Notes: generated by a model from the letters alone, not told the origin. Positions 22,556 through 35,447 are shown, counted from the first letter of the whole stretch. The stretch: 63,267 nucleotides of DNA, filler included, from Dimargaris cristalligena (GCA_003614675.1; 8 parts of 8 records of this genome joined end to end with filler, not necessarily neighbours in it); one strand, 5' to 3'. Translations and numbers: made by a program.

Positions 22556-23647
22556 ATGAATTGCTTCCAGCCCGACCGGGATGGTCCCGCCCCTCGCTTC
22601 CCAGGCAGCACCTTAATTGTGGTACGTAGCTCCCTCCCCCCTAGGCCCAAGTCCAGTCCGCCGTACTACTAGACCCTAGACCCTAGACCCTAGACTCGCA
22701 TACACCCACCACCTCCCGAATGACTAAACCATACGCTAATACCGCCGTACACATACATTTTTCTTATACCACCCACTCCATCGCCACCCCAGCCGGCCAT
22801 TTCAATAGGCAATGTGCCCCAGCTCTGCTGCGACTTGGTCATCTCCACCCTCCGTCTCGAGCGGGTGGGCTTCCTCAACGACCCCAATGTAACCCCGTTC
22901 GTCGGCCCCAAAGCCTACGACCATGCACGGAGCAACCTTTCCACCGCCTTGGAAGTGTTCCAGTGCTCCACCGGGAAATTCACAGTTATCCAGCAGCGCG
23001 CCCCCATTCTCCGCAAACAACAGCGCGCTTTTGTCGAAAATCTGGCCCAGTTTATTACGGATGGTTCATTCACGCGGGTCATGCTCCTCTCCACCATCGA
23101 CGCCACTCTTCGGGATGATCGCCAGCTGACCGAGGGCTCGAGTGCCCCCTTCCAGTACCTTCCCACCACCGCCGCCTCCGCCGGCTTCCTCGCCTTATTC
23201 GACCAGCTGCAAATCCCCCGCTTGGATGGAGATATCACCAAAGATTACTCGCCTTGGTTCCGGAGTCGGAGTCGGGGACAAGGTCGGAAGCCGCCGAGTC
23301 CGGAAACCACTCCCGGTTCGTCCAATCTAGCCCAGGACTATAGCCAACTCAGTCTCCACGATCAGGCGAAGCCGACCCACCGCATGTGGACCCCCCATAT
23401 CCCCGGCGGTGGCATTGCCCACCAACTTCACCAGGTGTGTGAGCGGCTTCAACTACCATTGGTCGTACTACTCGAATTTGTCGCCGAGGGTGACAATATC
23501 CCCGAAAGCATTCTTATGGCTAATGGCCTACATAGCCTGCTGGGCCTTCTGTCCCCAACTGGTGAATTAGGAAGTCAGGAGTGGGTTCCCCCCGGTAGCT
23601 GGCACTCCTTTTATTCCACCCGAGTGCCCCAAATGCTGTATTACTGA
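22556..23647 (+). CDS. PSMG2: Proteasome assembly chaperone 2, PAC2/Pba2 (306 aa; exons 22556-22621, 22793-23647)
   Basis: Spliced GSTLIV|PAISIGNVPQLCCDLVI; IPGGG, FVAEGDNIPE and WVPPGSW motifs; GTACGT..CAG intron. Confidence 0.9.
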
Positions 23648-23685
23648 TAACCTCTGCTTTTAATATTGAATCAGCTCCCCGATTT

Positions 23686-23740
23686 CCCCAACGGGGGCAT
23701 TGGGGGGGATGGATGGCCTAAATGGTGGTTGTGTCATACT
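23686..23740 (+). repeat. 55-bp contig-terminal repeat
   Basis: Identical to 31766-31820. Confidence 0.95.
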
Positions 23741-23840
23741 NNNNNNNNNNNNNNNNNNNNNNNNNNNNNNNNNNNNNNNNNNNNTTAATTAATTAANNNN
23801 NNNNNNNNNNNNNNNNNNNNNNNNNNNNNNNNNNNNNNNN
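23741..23840. other. Artificial contig linker
   Basis: N44-TTAATTAATTAA-N44. Confidence 0.99.
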
Positions 23841-23904
23841 CCAGTAACATTGGCCCCATCCAACGGATTTTTCATTATACAGCCTGAATGAACTTCTCCC
23901 ATAT
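23841..23904. mobile_element. MITE-like element, partial copy cut by contig start
   Basis: Aligns with 25241-25304, ending TTATACAGCCTGAATGAACTTCTCCCATAT. Confidence 0.75.
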
Positions 23905-24090
23905 AAACAATGGGCTATTGGTACATCTACGAATACCGCAGTAAATAAAAAAAGTAGAAAACTACACATACATGAAGGAGGACGGTTTGGTTTTTCCAAG
24001 TCGAGTCACACATCCCATTCTCAACTGGGATATCCATTCCAAATCTAGGAGGGGGTGAGGCAAGCTAATATCGGCTCAATTAACCTCGGT

Positions 24091-24531
24091 TTAAAACACC
24101 AAGGTATATCCGATACCACTAGCGGGGCTCCCAAATACTATATTGTTGAAATGTAACGCGAACTGGAAAGACCGATGTTGGCTGATTAATTCTGTGTTAG
24201 CAGCAAATCCCACCGAGGCAGTAGTAGGAGGAGGAGAGGTATCGGGACTGTCTTGAGGAACTAGTCTGGACTCCTTGCTACGGGATATAAGGTAATGGTG
24301 CTTAAGTTGAAATTGTTTTTGGTGGTGCCGGCGGTGGCGACTTAAAGTGCGCCCGTCGCGACGGACTTGCCAGGAGAAAACAGTAGACCAAGGTAGTAGT
24401 GGCGAGTCGCGTGGTTTCGGTAGATGAAATGGCCCGGCGTTAGTAGGACTGCCGGTGGCATTGGAAGAAAGAGTAAGTAAGACCATGGCGATGACCAGAA
24501 GAGTCAGATAATATTGAATAACAATGCTCAT
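24091..24531 (-). CDS. Hypothetical secreted protein (146 aa), possibly a truncated relic
   Basis: Hydrophobic N-terminus YYLTLLVIAMVLLTLSSNA; His/Arg-rich middle; no firm family. Confidence 0.4.
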   Translation of the reverse strand: MSIVIQYYLTLLVIAMVLLTLSSNATGSPTNAGPFHLPKPRDSPLLPWSTVFSWQVRRDGRTLSRHRRHHQKQFQLKHHYLISRSKESRLVPQDSPDTSPPPTTASVGFAANTELISQHRSFQFALHFNNIVFGSPASGIGYTLVF

Positions 24532-25160
24532 GATAAAAGAAAAATCCAATGGTAATAAAAGGGGTTAATATTTATATTATAATAGACGGGAGGGTGGACA
24601 GGTGAATGGAGTGGGAGAGTAGGTTAGTTAATTCTACCCTTTGTGGATAAACTATCTAGAAGGGGTGGGGTCTAATAGATGTGCCATAAGTTAAAGAAAC
24701 GGTAAAAAATAATAATATAGGACGATGACCAGGCAGGTTTCCAAGTTGGGGTGACGGGGGGGATGGCAATTTATAGGTTTTGCAGCAGGGCTATTAGTAT
24801 TTGCCAATCTTGGCACATTATCGCCTAGACTGTGGACTGTTGCCTGATTTACACTGTAATGGGCCAATCGGCCCATAGCGGGCTAAACAGCCAATAGGAT
24901 AGTTAGTGTAACATCTAGCAGAACGGGAGGATCTGCGCCCATCTGCGATGATCAAAACCAACAGCTCCCGCTCCCCCCATGGAACGAGGAGGTTCCTTTC
25001 TCTAGTATTTCCATAACAATAAATAAGTTAACACTACTCTACCATTCCCCCACGTTAGCACGTAACAACACCAATAGATAATCGAGTGAATTGTTCAAGT
25101 ACCGGATAATTCGATGTTCCCATATTGTTGGAAAGGGAGGAGTCTCCTATTTCTACATTC

Positions 25161-25304
25161 ATATGGGTGAAGTTCAGCTTGGTTGTATAAGGTTTTAACC
25201 GATATGTGTATGGGGAAATTGGTGGGATGTTTATTTTCAACCAGTAGTACTTGCCTCATCAAATGGATTTTTCGTTATACAGCTTGGATGAACTTCTCCC
25301 ATAT
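25161..25304. mobile_element. MITE-like element (144 bp, ~30-bp imperfect TIRs)
   Basis: ATATGGGTGAAGTTCAGCTTGGTTGTATAA...TTATACAGCTTGGATGAACTTCTCCCATAT; same-length copy at 54986-55129. Confidence 0.8.
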
Positions 25305-27465
25305 CCAATGTACTGGCCGATCACAGTTTAAACCGTGATCAGCCCGACCTGCCCTTACTTAGATAGAAATAAAAACCCTTCAGATTCTCCCCCACAGCCC
25401 CTTCTTTTACTTTCGCTACATCCTATTCAATAAGATGCACCAGGGTTAATTTTTTTACAGCTGATATCCGGAAAAAAGTATTCATACGGTGGGGGGGGGA
25501 GCGGGAAATACATAGTCACATACTGGAATTTGTCTGAGGCTTACGGCCGGAGTCAATGGATCGACGATACAAAATGTTGGTTGTCGCTTCTTTCGTGCTA
25601 ATCTGTCGCAGATATTGCTGGTTATCGTAGGTTGGCACTCAATACTATTCATGGGTCACTCATATGCACAGAGTGGTATGCATCTTGGTCATAGACCACA
25701 TGGGATTGATGCAGGCATATTGTAAACCCAATTATCCGTATGGTATGGAAGGCTTTGCTGGTTAGAAGCATGTTCTGCCTATTTCAGACTAACTCCTAAA
25801 TAACAGCAGTGAAATGTTGCTCATACTCCCTGACAAATTGGACTCATTAGGTTTAGGTCGAGTGGTGGTTAATCGATGAATTATTATTGATGTTATTTGG
25901 CTATTTTGTGTCCTATCATTATAGCCATTTCGAATACCCCATGTCGACTACACAATTCAATAAAACTAACCACCTAGAGCCACCTACCGTCTCTTCTAAC
26001 AGCCTTTTTTTGCCCTGGTTTATTGACATTCCTTTGGTATTTCCAGCCTATAGGATACTTGGCTCATATTCATAACAAAAATACTAGCCGAAGATCATCA
26101 GTTCTAGCAGCTATGCACTTTCAGGGATTAGGGACCATCCCGCGAGAGATAACAGGTCTAGTTGGTAACCAGCAGTTGAGCCCGTAAAATCAAATCACCC
26201 GGAAGCGGCTACACTAGTCAGAGCATCTACAACTTTCTGAGGACGGGCCCTGGCCAAAAATGGTCGAGTATTAACAGTGCTGGGCCCACTAACTTGGTTA
26301 GTTGGAGCACATCACTTCTAGGCATATATCTAGGGTTCACCATTCAGCTTGGATAAGCCGTGTCGATTCGATCCCCCAGATCACTAAACCGAATCCACCC
26401 CTTACCCTTGACTTATCAGACCCACCGCTGTTCACAGATAGGGATGTCAAGGAGGGGCAAGTGAAGCCAGTTGGTCAGAAGTAGGGTCACTGCTGAATAC
26501 CGCACACTCACTGTTAGACATTCCATACGGGGAGAAGTCCGCCGGTCCTTATAGGACAAATACTGGCTCAAAGACTCCATCTTTAGAGGCGGGGGCTATA
26601 ATCCAGCCCAAACAGTCCCAATTGGGTTCTAGTTTAATTATTCCACGATTTCACCGCGGTATGTTCTACATATGTCCTAGTGCGCCTGGCGAATATGTTC
26701 CAACCAGAAAACATCAGTCATAAGGCACCTAGTGCCCAGAAGTTGTTTTTTGGGGACCGACTAAGGGGGGCACCATATTATAATGACCAGTCTATTAGTG
26801 TCCAAGTACGATGGGGTCCAAGTAACTGTGCCCTACCATCCCCTCCCTTTCTGGCTTAACGACTAGATACAATTCTGGTAAAAATGTGGTAGGTCGTAGC
26901 AGTTGAGTTACCAAAAATATCGTGTTTAATTCGAAAAATAAATCGCACAAACTAAACAATGGCCTCGGTCGCTCACCAGTATCCACTGATTGCTTTTTAC
27001 ATGGACTTGGACGCAATCCAGAATCTAAGAAACCGCTCATTTATGAGCCAAAAGGGGATGTTTTATGGGCTGGGCGGACATGGAGTTACAAAACCCAATA
27101 GCCCACCTAGGCCGGGTCCCATTCCAGAGTCAACTGGTCTTTCTCAGCTGTTAATTAGCAACGTTACAGTTCTTATCCACTATAGGGTAGTAATCTCAAC
27201 CATAAACCTAACCGAATAAGTCAAGGCAGAGCCACCTGGTTTTTATTTCCGAACCGGCTAAAATATTATAATATAGGTAATATAAGATATAAAACATCCT
27301 TGAGATTAATAGGCTAGCCATACTGTTATTCAATATGAGAAGTGCGGCCCCATTCATTCTTGAGTTTAGGTTTTATACACCTTGCAACGCTAGGTATTTC
27401 TCCGTTGAGGCGTTAGTCTACTGTCGATGTATAGGCTACTTTACCGCTCTAACGCCATTGTTCTT

Positions 27466-28686
27466 CTAATTATCGTCACTGTATTCTAGAGAGATCCCCA
27501 AATCTAATTGGGGCTGATATATATTAGTGCTGGATAGTTGCCTGGTGAACATTGGCTTATTGGGTGCTTTCTCGACACTAGGGACTCCCAGGGCCTCACT
27601 CGGCGCCTGGAAACTCCTGGCCCTTGAAATAGACGACTCTACGGGCTTCTGGCCACTGCCGTTAGCCATTGGCGCGGACGTCACCGGTACACTCGGAGGA
27701 TTCGATTTAGGAGTACTAACCGCCGTCGCCGGTGACCGCCGTGGTGGTGGCGGCGGTGGTAGTAGTGGTGCCCCAGGCAAAGTTCCTGTCGAGTGGGAGG
27801 GTTCAACCCGAATGGGTTTGGTAGCAATCTGGTCCGATTTGTAAGCAGTTTGGGGACCAGATTGGGTGGGTTTGTTTTGGGAAGGTCTTTTTCTTGCATC
27901 GGCGTTCCTGAATGCCCGAGCCGAGTTTCCTGTCGACTTGGGGATTATAAATGGGGAGAGCTGGGAGGTAGTCTGATCCGATTTGTAAGGAATTTTGGGA
28001 CTGACCTGAGTAAACGTGTCTTGAGAAAGTGGTTGGCTCGTATCGATATTCTTGAATGTACTGGCCATGATTTCGACTCTCTTTTTGGAGAGCGGGGCTC
28101 TAGGAGGCAGGGGAGGGGGGATATTCCCTGGACCCTGAAGGCCTTTGGAGTCGGTAAGGGGGGTCTTAGGAGGTAAGGGAGGAGGCACATTTTCCCTCCT
28201 GCCGGGATATGGGGGTGGTATTCCATTTTGTTGGTATGTATTGGCGGTTGTTCTCTGCCGTTGCTGCTGTTGCTGCTGTTGCGACTGCGGTTGAATTGGG
28301 GCGACGAGGTAAAAGGGCTGGGTTTTTACGGGTTGGCGGAGTCCTGGTTCTTGTTGCAATTGGGGGATCTGTTGTTGGGCGTTGTAAGGGGCTGGATTGT
28401 AAGGAGCCGCTGGACTGTTGTGGGAAGTAAACCCCACTTGGCCGGGGTTGTAATAAACCGGGTTGGAGTATTGTGGGTAGGAGTAGTGTTGGTTATTCTG
28501 AGTGCTAGTACCCCAGCCTCCGGTTACTAGCCCCCTAATGTCTGGTATATTTTGGAACGCACTGTTGTAGTAGGAGTTGCCAACTGGAAGCTGTAGGTTG
28601 GGGTCTAGCACTGGTCGGTACATGGGTGAGGCATGGATGGACATGCCCGCCAGCAAGATGGAAAATATGGTCAGCGGAACCCGCAT
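27466..28686 (-). CDS. Secreted Pro/Gln-rich disordered protein (406 aa), effector-like orphan
   Basis: Intronless ORF; signal-like MRVPLTIFSILLAGMSIHA-SP; PPPY, PPPLPPK, PPPLPPR, P7RR motifs; no Cys. Confidence 0.75.
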   Translation of the reverse strand: MRVPLTIFSILLAGMSIHASPMYRPVLDPNLQLPVGNSYYNSAFQNIPDIRGLVTGGWGTSTQNNQHYSYPQYSNPVYYNPGQVGFTSHNSPAAPYNPAPYNAQQQIPQLQQEPGLRQPVKTQPFYLVAPIQPQSQQQQQQQRQRTTANTYQQNGIPPPYPGRRENVPPPLPPKTPLTDSKGLQGPGNIPPPLPPRAPLSKKRVEIMASTFKNIDTSQPLSQDTFTQVSPKIPYKSDQTTSQLSPFIIPKSTGNSARAFRNADARKRPSQNKPTQSGPQTAYKSDQIATKPIRVEPSHSTGTLPGAPLLPPPPPPRRSPATAVSTPKSNPPSVPVTSAPMANGSGQKPVESSISRARSFQAPSEALGVPSVEKAPNKPMFTRQLSSTNIYQPQLDLGISLEYSDDN

Positions 28687-30593
28687 TGTACTTTGATAAA
28701 ACCTGTTATCAAAAACAGCGGTAAAAATAGTTGGCCAAGATATACAAAAGGAGTTATCAGAAAGTAAAGAAAATGCAAATCGAATAATTACGCTCTTTAG
28801 GGTAAAATATGGGCATGAATAGTGATAAAATATATGTAATGCCCGCTAAAATGTCGAAAAAATAGATATTTGCCGATAGTGTATTAACATATTACATGGT
28901 GCGAAGACAGGTAGCTGGTATGCAATATTAATGGACGCGAAAATGGGGATATATATATACGCATGGGTCTCATCTCGCGCATAATATCTGGCAAGATGCG
29001 ACGTCGACAGCCAGTGGATAGGGAACTCAGCAAGGGCAACTAAGTTTCTTGAAATTGTAACCTAAACGACACGCGTCTGGTGCACTTCCCCGTGGGCCTT
29101 ACGTTGAGCCGGTCCGCCCTATAGTAAAAAATGACCATGCGGATATTGAAAGGCACCCATTCTACGAGTGAAAATATCAAGATCCCCTCCTTCTGGTCTT
29201 ATAGAGCCACCCTCACCAGACTGGTTCCGAATGAATAATCGGTGGCACCAAAAAGAGTCGAGCCAATCGGGATACTGGTTGCAGGATCCGGCATGCGAGA
29301 TTTACAGGGGGGGCGAGGGAGGGAGGGATTTTTGGAATAGTGAAAGCCACCCCCTGTGGTGCGACCATGAGATAAAATTGGTGCGATCTTGGCCTGGCTA
29401 GAACAGCGGCTTATTCCGCAAAATACGGAAAGGAATGAAACGGTAATGATTAATGTTGCAATCGCGATAATGCCATTCTTTTTCGAACAACTGTCCAACG
29501 AAGGGATATTGGCGGAGGTTCTGGGGCGGTTCTAAAAATGAAACGAAGAAAGCTTGCTAATGGTCACTTGGTTCCCCCTTCGCATCTTTTCCAGCCTAAC
29601 CTGTTGTCCTCCTAACAGACGACATAACCCCCCGTTGATAACAAGGCCGTTTGGTTGGAGTGTTCTTTAGCCTTGGTTGGGTGCACAATTCTCAAAGGCC
29701 TAGCCAATGCTATGATGAAATGGATGAGTCTTGTTTCAAAAGAAGATGAGTCTAAGGTTATACTCCTTGAATCCACGGTGGGCGCACTGAGTTCACAGTG
29801 TAGCCGTGGCTTTGCTGTAAGCTGCCATGGTATCGACATCTAATTGGTTTTAGCTCCGAACCGGGCTCTTTTATCGATACCGCTGACCAAGGCCCTCAAT
29901 ATAGACTCCAACATCCCCATTCTGCCTTCCTCCTTCGCTGTTATTTTCGTGGTCTCAAAAAACCCAGGTGCGTCATCGGCCTTTAGAGAGCTCACTTCAT
30001 CCCCAATTCCCCCATTTGCTCTTGATTTCCTCTGAACAATCTAATATTATGCCACAATTCAAACGAGTCTGACATTGAAATCTTTCCGGAACCACCCTAC
30101 CCAGTGAGACAAGAGTCTTGAAACAACCGGGCTGCCGCATCCCAACCATTGAAAACCACCTAGGGATCAAATCTGTATTCCATATCAGCTTGATCAACCT
30201 TTGTTAGCGACGAATCCTGAGCTGATTGGATTTTGAAAGTGTCTGGAGACTGGAAGTCTATGATTCAGACAGCAGGACTAATAGGGAACTTCCCTTTCTT
30301 TCCAGCAAAGCAATGCGAATCTCTAAATAGGGCCAGACGGCAGCCTGTATTACACATGTACAAAGTAATAAACCAGGAAATCCATACCAGTAATGGCGGC
30401 TGGCCCCTCTCAAATGGCTGGTATAAATACATGGGCTGTGGTCCATATCGATGCTCTACAACATCTCCGATTCTTCAACATCATTACCTATTTCCCCCAG
30501 ACTATCGAAGTTCTACTCACATTATTATAATCCCAAATCCCCTGACTCGCATCCCAAGTCCTTCCATCCCCTAACAAACCCACCACAGATACC

Positions 30594-30788
30594 ATGGCCG
30601 ACTTGTACAGTTATGTATCTGGACTGAAAACGGGTCAGTCTATCCGAGTCCGTGGGGTGGACACCCCGAGCCAGTATTTCGTTGCCGAATTCGTGGAGGT
30701 CCTCGCGAATACCGAACGCGACCCCAAGGTTAAAATCCTTGTCAATGGTGCAGAGCAGATTGTCAGCGCCAAACGAATTATATTCTAG
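30594..30788 (+). CDS. 64-aa small protein with SH3-like/Tudor-barrel pattern
   Basis: ACCATGG start, TATAAATA at ~30422; alternating beta-strand pattern LKTGQSIRVRG..FVAEFVEV..VKILV. Confidence 0.6.
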   Translation: MADLYSYVSGLKTGQSIRVRGVDTPSQYFVAEFVEVLANTERDPKVKILVNGAEQIVSAKRIIF

Positions 30789-31665
30789 CTTGTCTAATGC
30801 ACCACCGTTCACCATTGAATTCTCCCCTTAGCTCATTTTAATTGCTCGCTTGTTAATGTCCATTTACCCATTTGGCTCAGCTATTATGTAAACGTAGCCT
30901 TTGAAAAAAAAACACATATATATATTTATCGCACTATTCAAATTCACAATGCCCTAGGGGGGGAGAGTTCGTAGGCACTTACTGCTAATTAAAGCAATAA
31001 ATCAACCCTAGGCAGCTTCATATCTGAGTTATCCTAGTAACTTTAGTCTAGTTTATACAGACTAACATATAGCATTTGTGTATAGTGAGGTGTGTTATAA
31101 GGAGGGAGGGAGGCTGTTGGAGCTGACTGTAAAATATAATCATACAAATAGTCAATAGCCTGGAAAACAAAGAAGTTGCACTGTAAAGTCAAGTCTATCC
31201 ATTAGAAATATTAGTGCACTTAATGTCTCATATTATTAAAAGGGCCATTTTTTTAGGCTGCAGTTATGTAATGCCGAGACCCGGTGGACTGGTTAGGTCG
31301 GGGATTACGTCATGGGGGGAAAAAGCCGGGAAAATCGGCGGGAGGTTCGAACCACTATCAGGGATCTCGTTATTGGCAGATTGTAGTGGAGCCAATGGTG
31401 GGGTTGTAGAAGCGCTTTGCGGTGAGAAAGACATTGTGGTTTTTTTTACAAATTTATTTACTAAAAAGAAATAGAGCAATATGAAAATAATAGACTAAGT
31501 GAAAAATAAGAGAGTTGAAAATAATGTGTGAGGTAAATCGGCTAATTCGAGGTTTATAAGAAATAAGAAATATATATATAACTATGAATGGCTGGCTGGA
31601 GTATAACTTACTTCGTTACACTTTACTTGGACTTGGCTTCCTCCTTTCCCCAGTTCGGCGGAACT

Positions 31666-31765
31666 NNNNNNNNNNNNNNNNNNNNNNNNNNNNNNNNNNN
31701 NNNNNNNNNTTAATTAATTAANNNNNNNNNNNNNNNNNNNNNNNNNNNNNNNNNNNNNNNNNNNN
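31666..31765. other. Artificial contig linker
   Basis: N44-TTAATTAATTAA-N44. Confidence 0.99.
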
Positions 31766-31820
31766 CCCCAACGGGGGCATTGGGGGGGATGGATGGCCTA
31801 AATGGTGGTTGTGTCATACT
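31766..31820 (+). repeat. 55-bp contig-terminal repeat
   Basis: Identical to 23686-23740. Confidence 0.95.
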
Positions 31821-32693
31821 TTCATGATTTGGATAGTAAGCTGGCATCCCGTAGAAATCTTCACACTGTCGTGGTCATCAGGATTATTCATCTTATCCTC
31901 ACTACTTTTGGATCATAATTAAATATCGGTGGGTTCTGTTAGTTGAATAGAAGTCCTCCTGGCCTACTGTGTCACAACTCGATGACTACCTAGACTGCGG
32001 GGTACTTATGAAGCTGATGGTTCGGTGTTTGCTTTTTAATGGCGGAAACTTAATGGTGGAAGAGTATATCATTATTATGAAGATATTCTAGATTTTTTAG
32101 AACAATTGGGCCTAAATTACCAGGATGGCTCGTTTGGCGTCTTTAATCCGAAAGGCCATTATAGATCGCATTACCATAGTATATGCTCATTATCGTTATC
32201 ATAGAACGTAAATCCAGCCAGTTCTATCTAAATTTCAAGTGACATTTGTATGGTTAAATTAATGAGATATGTATATATCACACAATAGGTGATACATATC
32301 CCTTATTGTGGCTGCAATCTGTCCACTGAGGAAAGAGAGAAAGATACATGGAGGGAGCTGGCTTTGTGCCTAGTATGGCATACGTTCCGCAGCGGTGGTA
32401 CGGCCACCATGCGAGGAATCCAAACCCCTGGATGTGTGGGTTGTTGTGCTTTTTTATTGTCCGCCTAATAGGGATTGTTACCTTTGGAAGGGGAATGTGG
32501 ACGACTTTATTTTATTGTAATTGTAGGCTAGACTTCATTATTTCGTTATCTTATTCTAGGCTATTTTCCCCCTCCTATACAACTCCGTTCGAATACCTTG
32601 CATTCATTATAGGACATGGTGATTCGCTTGCCTTTCCCCCACTTACTACCATCTCCGTTCTACCGTACTTCAGCCCCACCTAACTAGTCCGCC

Positions 32694-34678
32694 ATGTACG
32701 ACTCCACGCCCCGGGTCGTCCGCCCAACCCGCCCAGCGAAAACCCTCCTCCAGTCTGTGGGTCCCAAACCCCGACAGACGCTGTTCCAAACGCCCTACCG
32801 CGACAGAGCCCCAGCTCCGACCACGACCACAGCCACGACTGCCCCAGTGGCAGCCCCCTCTAGACCAGCCCGGGAAGCCGCTCCCAGCTGGCTCTCCGAC
32901 TGGCAGTTTCCACCGGCCTCGGGGTTCCAAACCACCCTGTCCTCCAAAACGTGGACCCTCTTCGCGTGCTCGCCCTGGCACCAGTTTAGGCCCTCCCGGG
33001 CGAAGGCTTATATCGTGGAACTGACCAAACGGCTGAATGCTGAACTGGCCAGTGGGTCGGGTGGTGGTGGTGGAACGGCCCCTTTTCCCGCTCGGTCCGG
33101 CGGCGGGCCAGCCCTTACGGTGGAACAGGTCACCCTCAACTACGTCGACGGACTGGACGAATTGCTGGGCTCCTTCCTTTATTTTGAAATACGCTATACT
33201 TTCCTCACCCCTACGGGATTGCCGCGCACTACTCAAGCCCTGGCCATCTTTACAGCCACGGACGACTACCGGTCCCCCACGGGAATGGACTTGTTTGGCG
33301 GCGCCACATCTCCTAGCACTATCGCCTATCCGAAACCTTTGGCATTCCCCCTCATGCTGTTCAAAGGACCCGCTGAAATCCGGGCGGCCTTCACCCAGTG
33401 GATTCAGAACCGCTTTGATTGTCGAATAAGTGCCCTGACCCTGAATCGTATCCAAATGACCGAGATGGTGCTGTGGTGGACCCATGCCCTATTGGACCAT
33501 CTAGCTGGGCTCGACGAGGAAGGTAAGGTGTTATATTGGGATATAGCGTGGATGCGAGAGATCTCCCCGCCCCCACACACTAGGCTTATCCCAAATCGAC
33601 CTTGTTGGACTTGGGGTTATTGACAGTGACGCCTATTGAACTGGTTATGTTTTGAAATCGCCATTACACTACCCCGTATTTAGAATTAATTCGACGGAAA
33701 TGATACCAAACTAGGCTAACTAAATACTGCTTCAATTCATCCCTGTGTGTTCGTCTTTCCCTTCTGCTTGCTTATCGGCCACCTTACACAGATTTCCGAT
33801 TCATGTTTAGGGAGGACGTCAAACCATTCGAGTTACACTATACCTTCCCAGGCTCTCTAGAGAGCGATCTACGAAAACTACAAGTATCACTCCCTCTTCT
33901 TCAGGTGGTAGATATGTGGAAAAAGTAAGTACGATCATATATCGGATGACCTCCTCCCATTGATTACCCGGTTGCAGCTTAGGATCGACCGATTCCACCT
34001 CGATGTATTTATATAGGGCTACTGAATCTTATTATGTTCTGGTACACAATGTTAAAACGCCTCGTTTATCGTAGATTTACCCAAACTCGCGATAGTTTCT
34101 CAGATAAAGGTAAGGCCTAATATTGGTATCAGGAATAGGACACGTCTATTTATGAATGTTGTCTGCAATCCCCTTCAACTTGATTATCAAGTCCCCAGCC
34201 TAGAGATATTTAACCAAATATACTGCGGGCATTTATCTTTTTGTTTGACGGTATCCATGGCTGATACAGTTAATTTAGGGACGGCACACGACTCCAAGAC
34301 AAGTGTGCTGGACCTTATCGAGGCCCATTTCGAAACCCACATGCAAATCAAAGTTCATCGCCTCACTCTGGAGCTCTTCGGGACCGGCATGTCGTGCCTA
34401 ACGGCCAGCGGGAAACTTAAGGTAGGTCTTGCCCATCCGTGACCGACGTTTGCTATATTTGGTGTCCAAATGGGATACTGACTAGTATTCCGGCACCGTG
34501 CTTATGGGGATCATACTGCCCTCTCCCCCCTCCACCCCTGCCTCGGATACTAACTCTGTACTGTACTTATGGTATATTGTAAACCCACTGCTCCCGATAG
34601 TTCATCCACACAGCTTTTCGTGAGCTCATCCCCTTTTGGCTGGCCCAGATCTGTGCGTTAGTCCCTGGTAGATTATAG
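32694..34678 (+). CDS. CENPL: Centromere protein L / Fta1-like kinetochore subunit (exons 32694-33522, 33792-33924, 34075-34109, 34279-34421, 34601-34678)
   Basis: WTLFACSPWHQF; FPLMLFKGP..FTQWIQNRFDCRISAL; C-terminal LTASGKLK; four GT-AG introns keep the frame. Confidence 0.75.
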
Positions 34679-35447
34679 CCATATTGGACCGGTCTATCAG
34701 CACCTAGCCATCCCTGTTAAATAAGCCTAATATAAGATCGATTAATTATAAATAACATTACAATGTTGATACGAATCGGAGTCTGGTTGGTTATAAAAAA
34801 CCGAAATGAATGCAAGCTCCCGATCAAAGAGAGATGTCGGACGTTGTTTATCTAACATGAAAAACCTTCAAACCAGGCCCCCAACAAACCATTATCCGTA
34901 CGACTATTTTTGAAGGCGAAACGGCCGTTACACGAATGATCAATAGCTGGATGGCTCCTACTATAACGATCGGTATTACGGACCCCATTACTTATCCGCG
35001 GTTGTTAATTCACCGCTATAAGTGGGCTGAGCTGAGTGGGGAGGGATCGGTTCGCCAGCTTGGCTGGGTGGGGAGGGCAATCATACTGAATTGCGGATAC
35101 ATCAGCTGAGGTCTGTAGATGGATGTAGCTGGCTGGTCGATTATGTGGTGCCGTTGCTATAATTATTACTACTGATACAGGCGGGGCGGGGCCACATATA
35201 CTGGGGAACCGACGTGGAAACTGGCTGACGAACATTACCCCTACCTACCCATCCCACCTATGATCATCATCCCTCCCCCTCTTCCCCAGATATAGGGAAT
35301 ACTGCCTGATACGTCTAGGACACTTCTTACTTTTTTTCCTATTCCGTTACTATTTTATTCGGACTTTTCTTGTTACGGCCGTAAGCAACCTTCTCCCTTC
35401 GTTGACTGAATCCCTCCTACCCTCTCTCCTTTGCATACTCTCCCACC

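Noticed and set aside
22669-22696. (CTAGACC)4 tandem repeat
   Set aside because: Short intronic minisatellite; not telomeric or CRISPR-like.
24040-24180. Weak pepsin-like N-terminal pattern (NIVFGSP..YTLVF*T)
   Set aside because: No DTG motif and no convincing downstream protease exons.
29200-30260. Fragmented minus-strand ORFs that look like a decayed gene
   Set aside because: Multiple stops and no recognisable homology.
31280-31365. GGTTCGAACC T-loop/B-box-like motif
   Set aside because: No cloverleaf or acceptor stem could be built around it.
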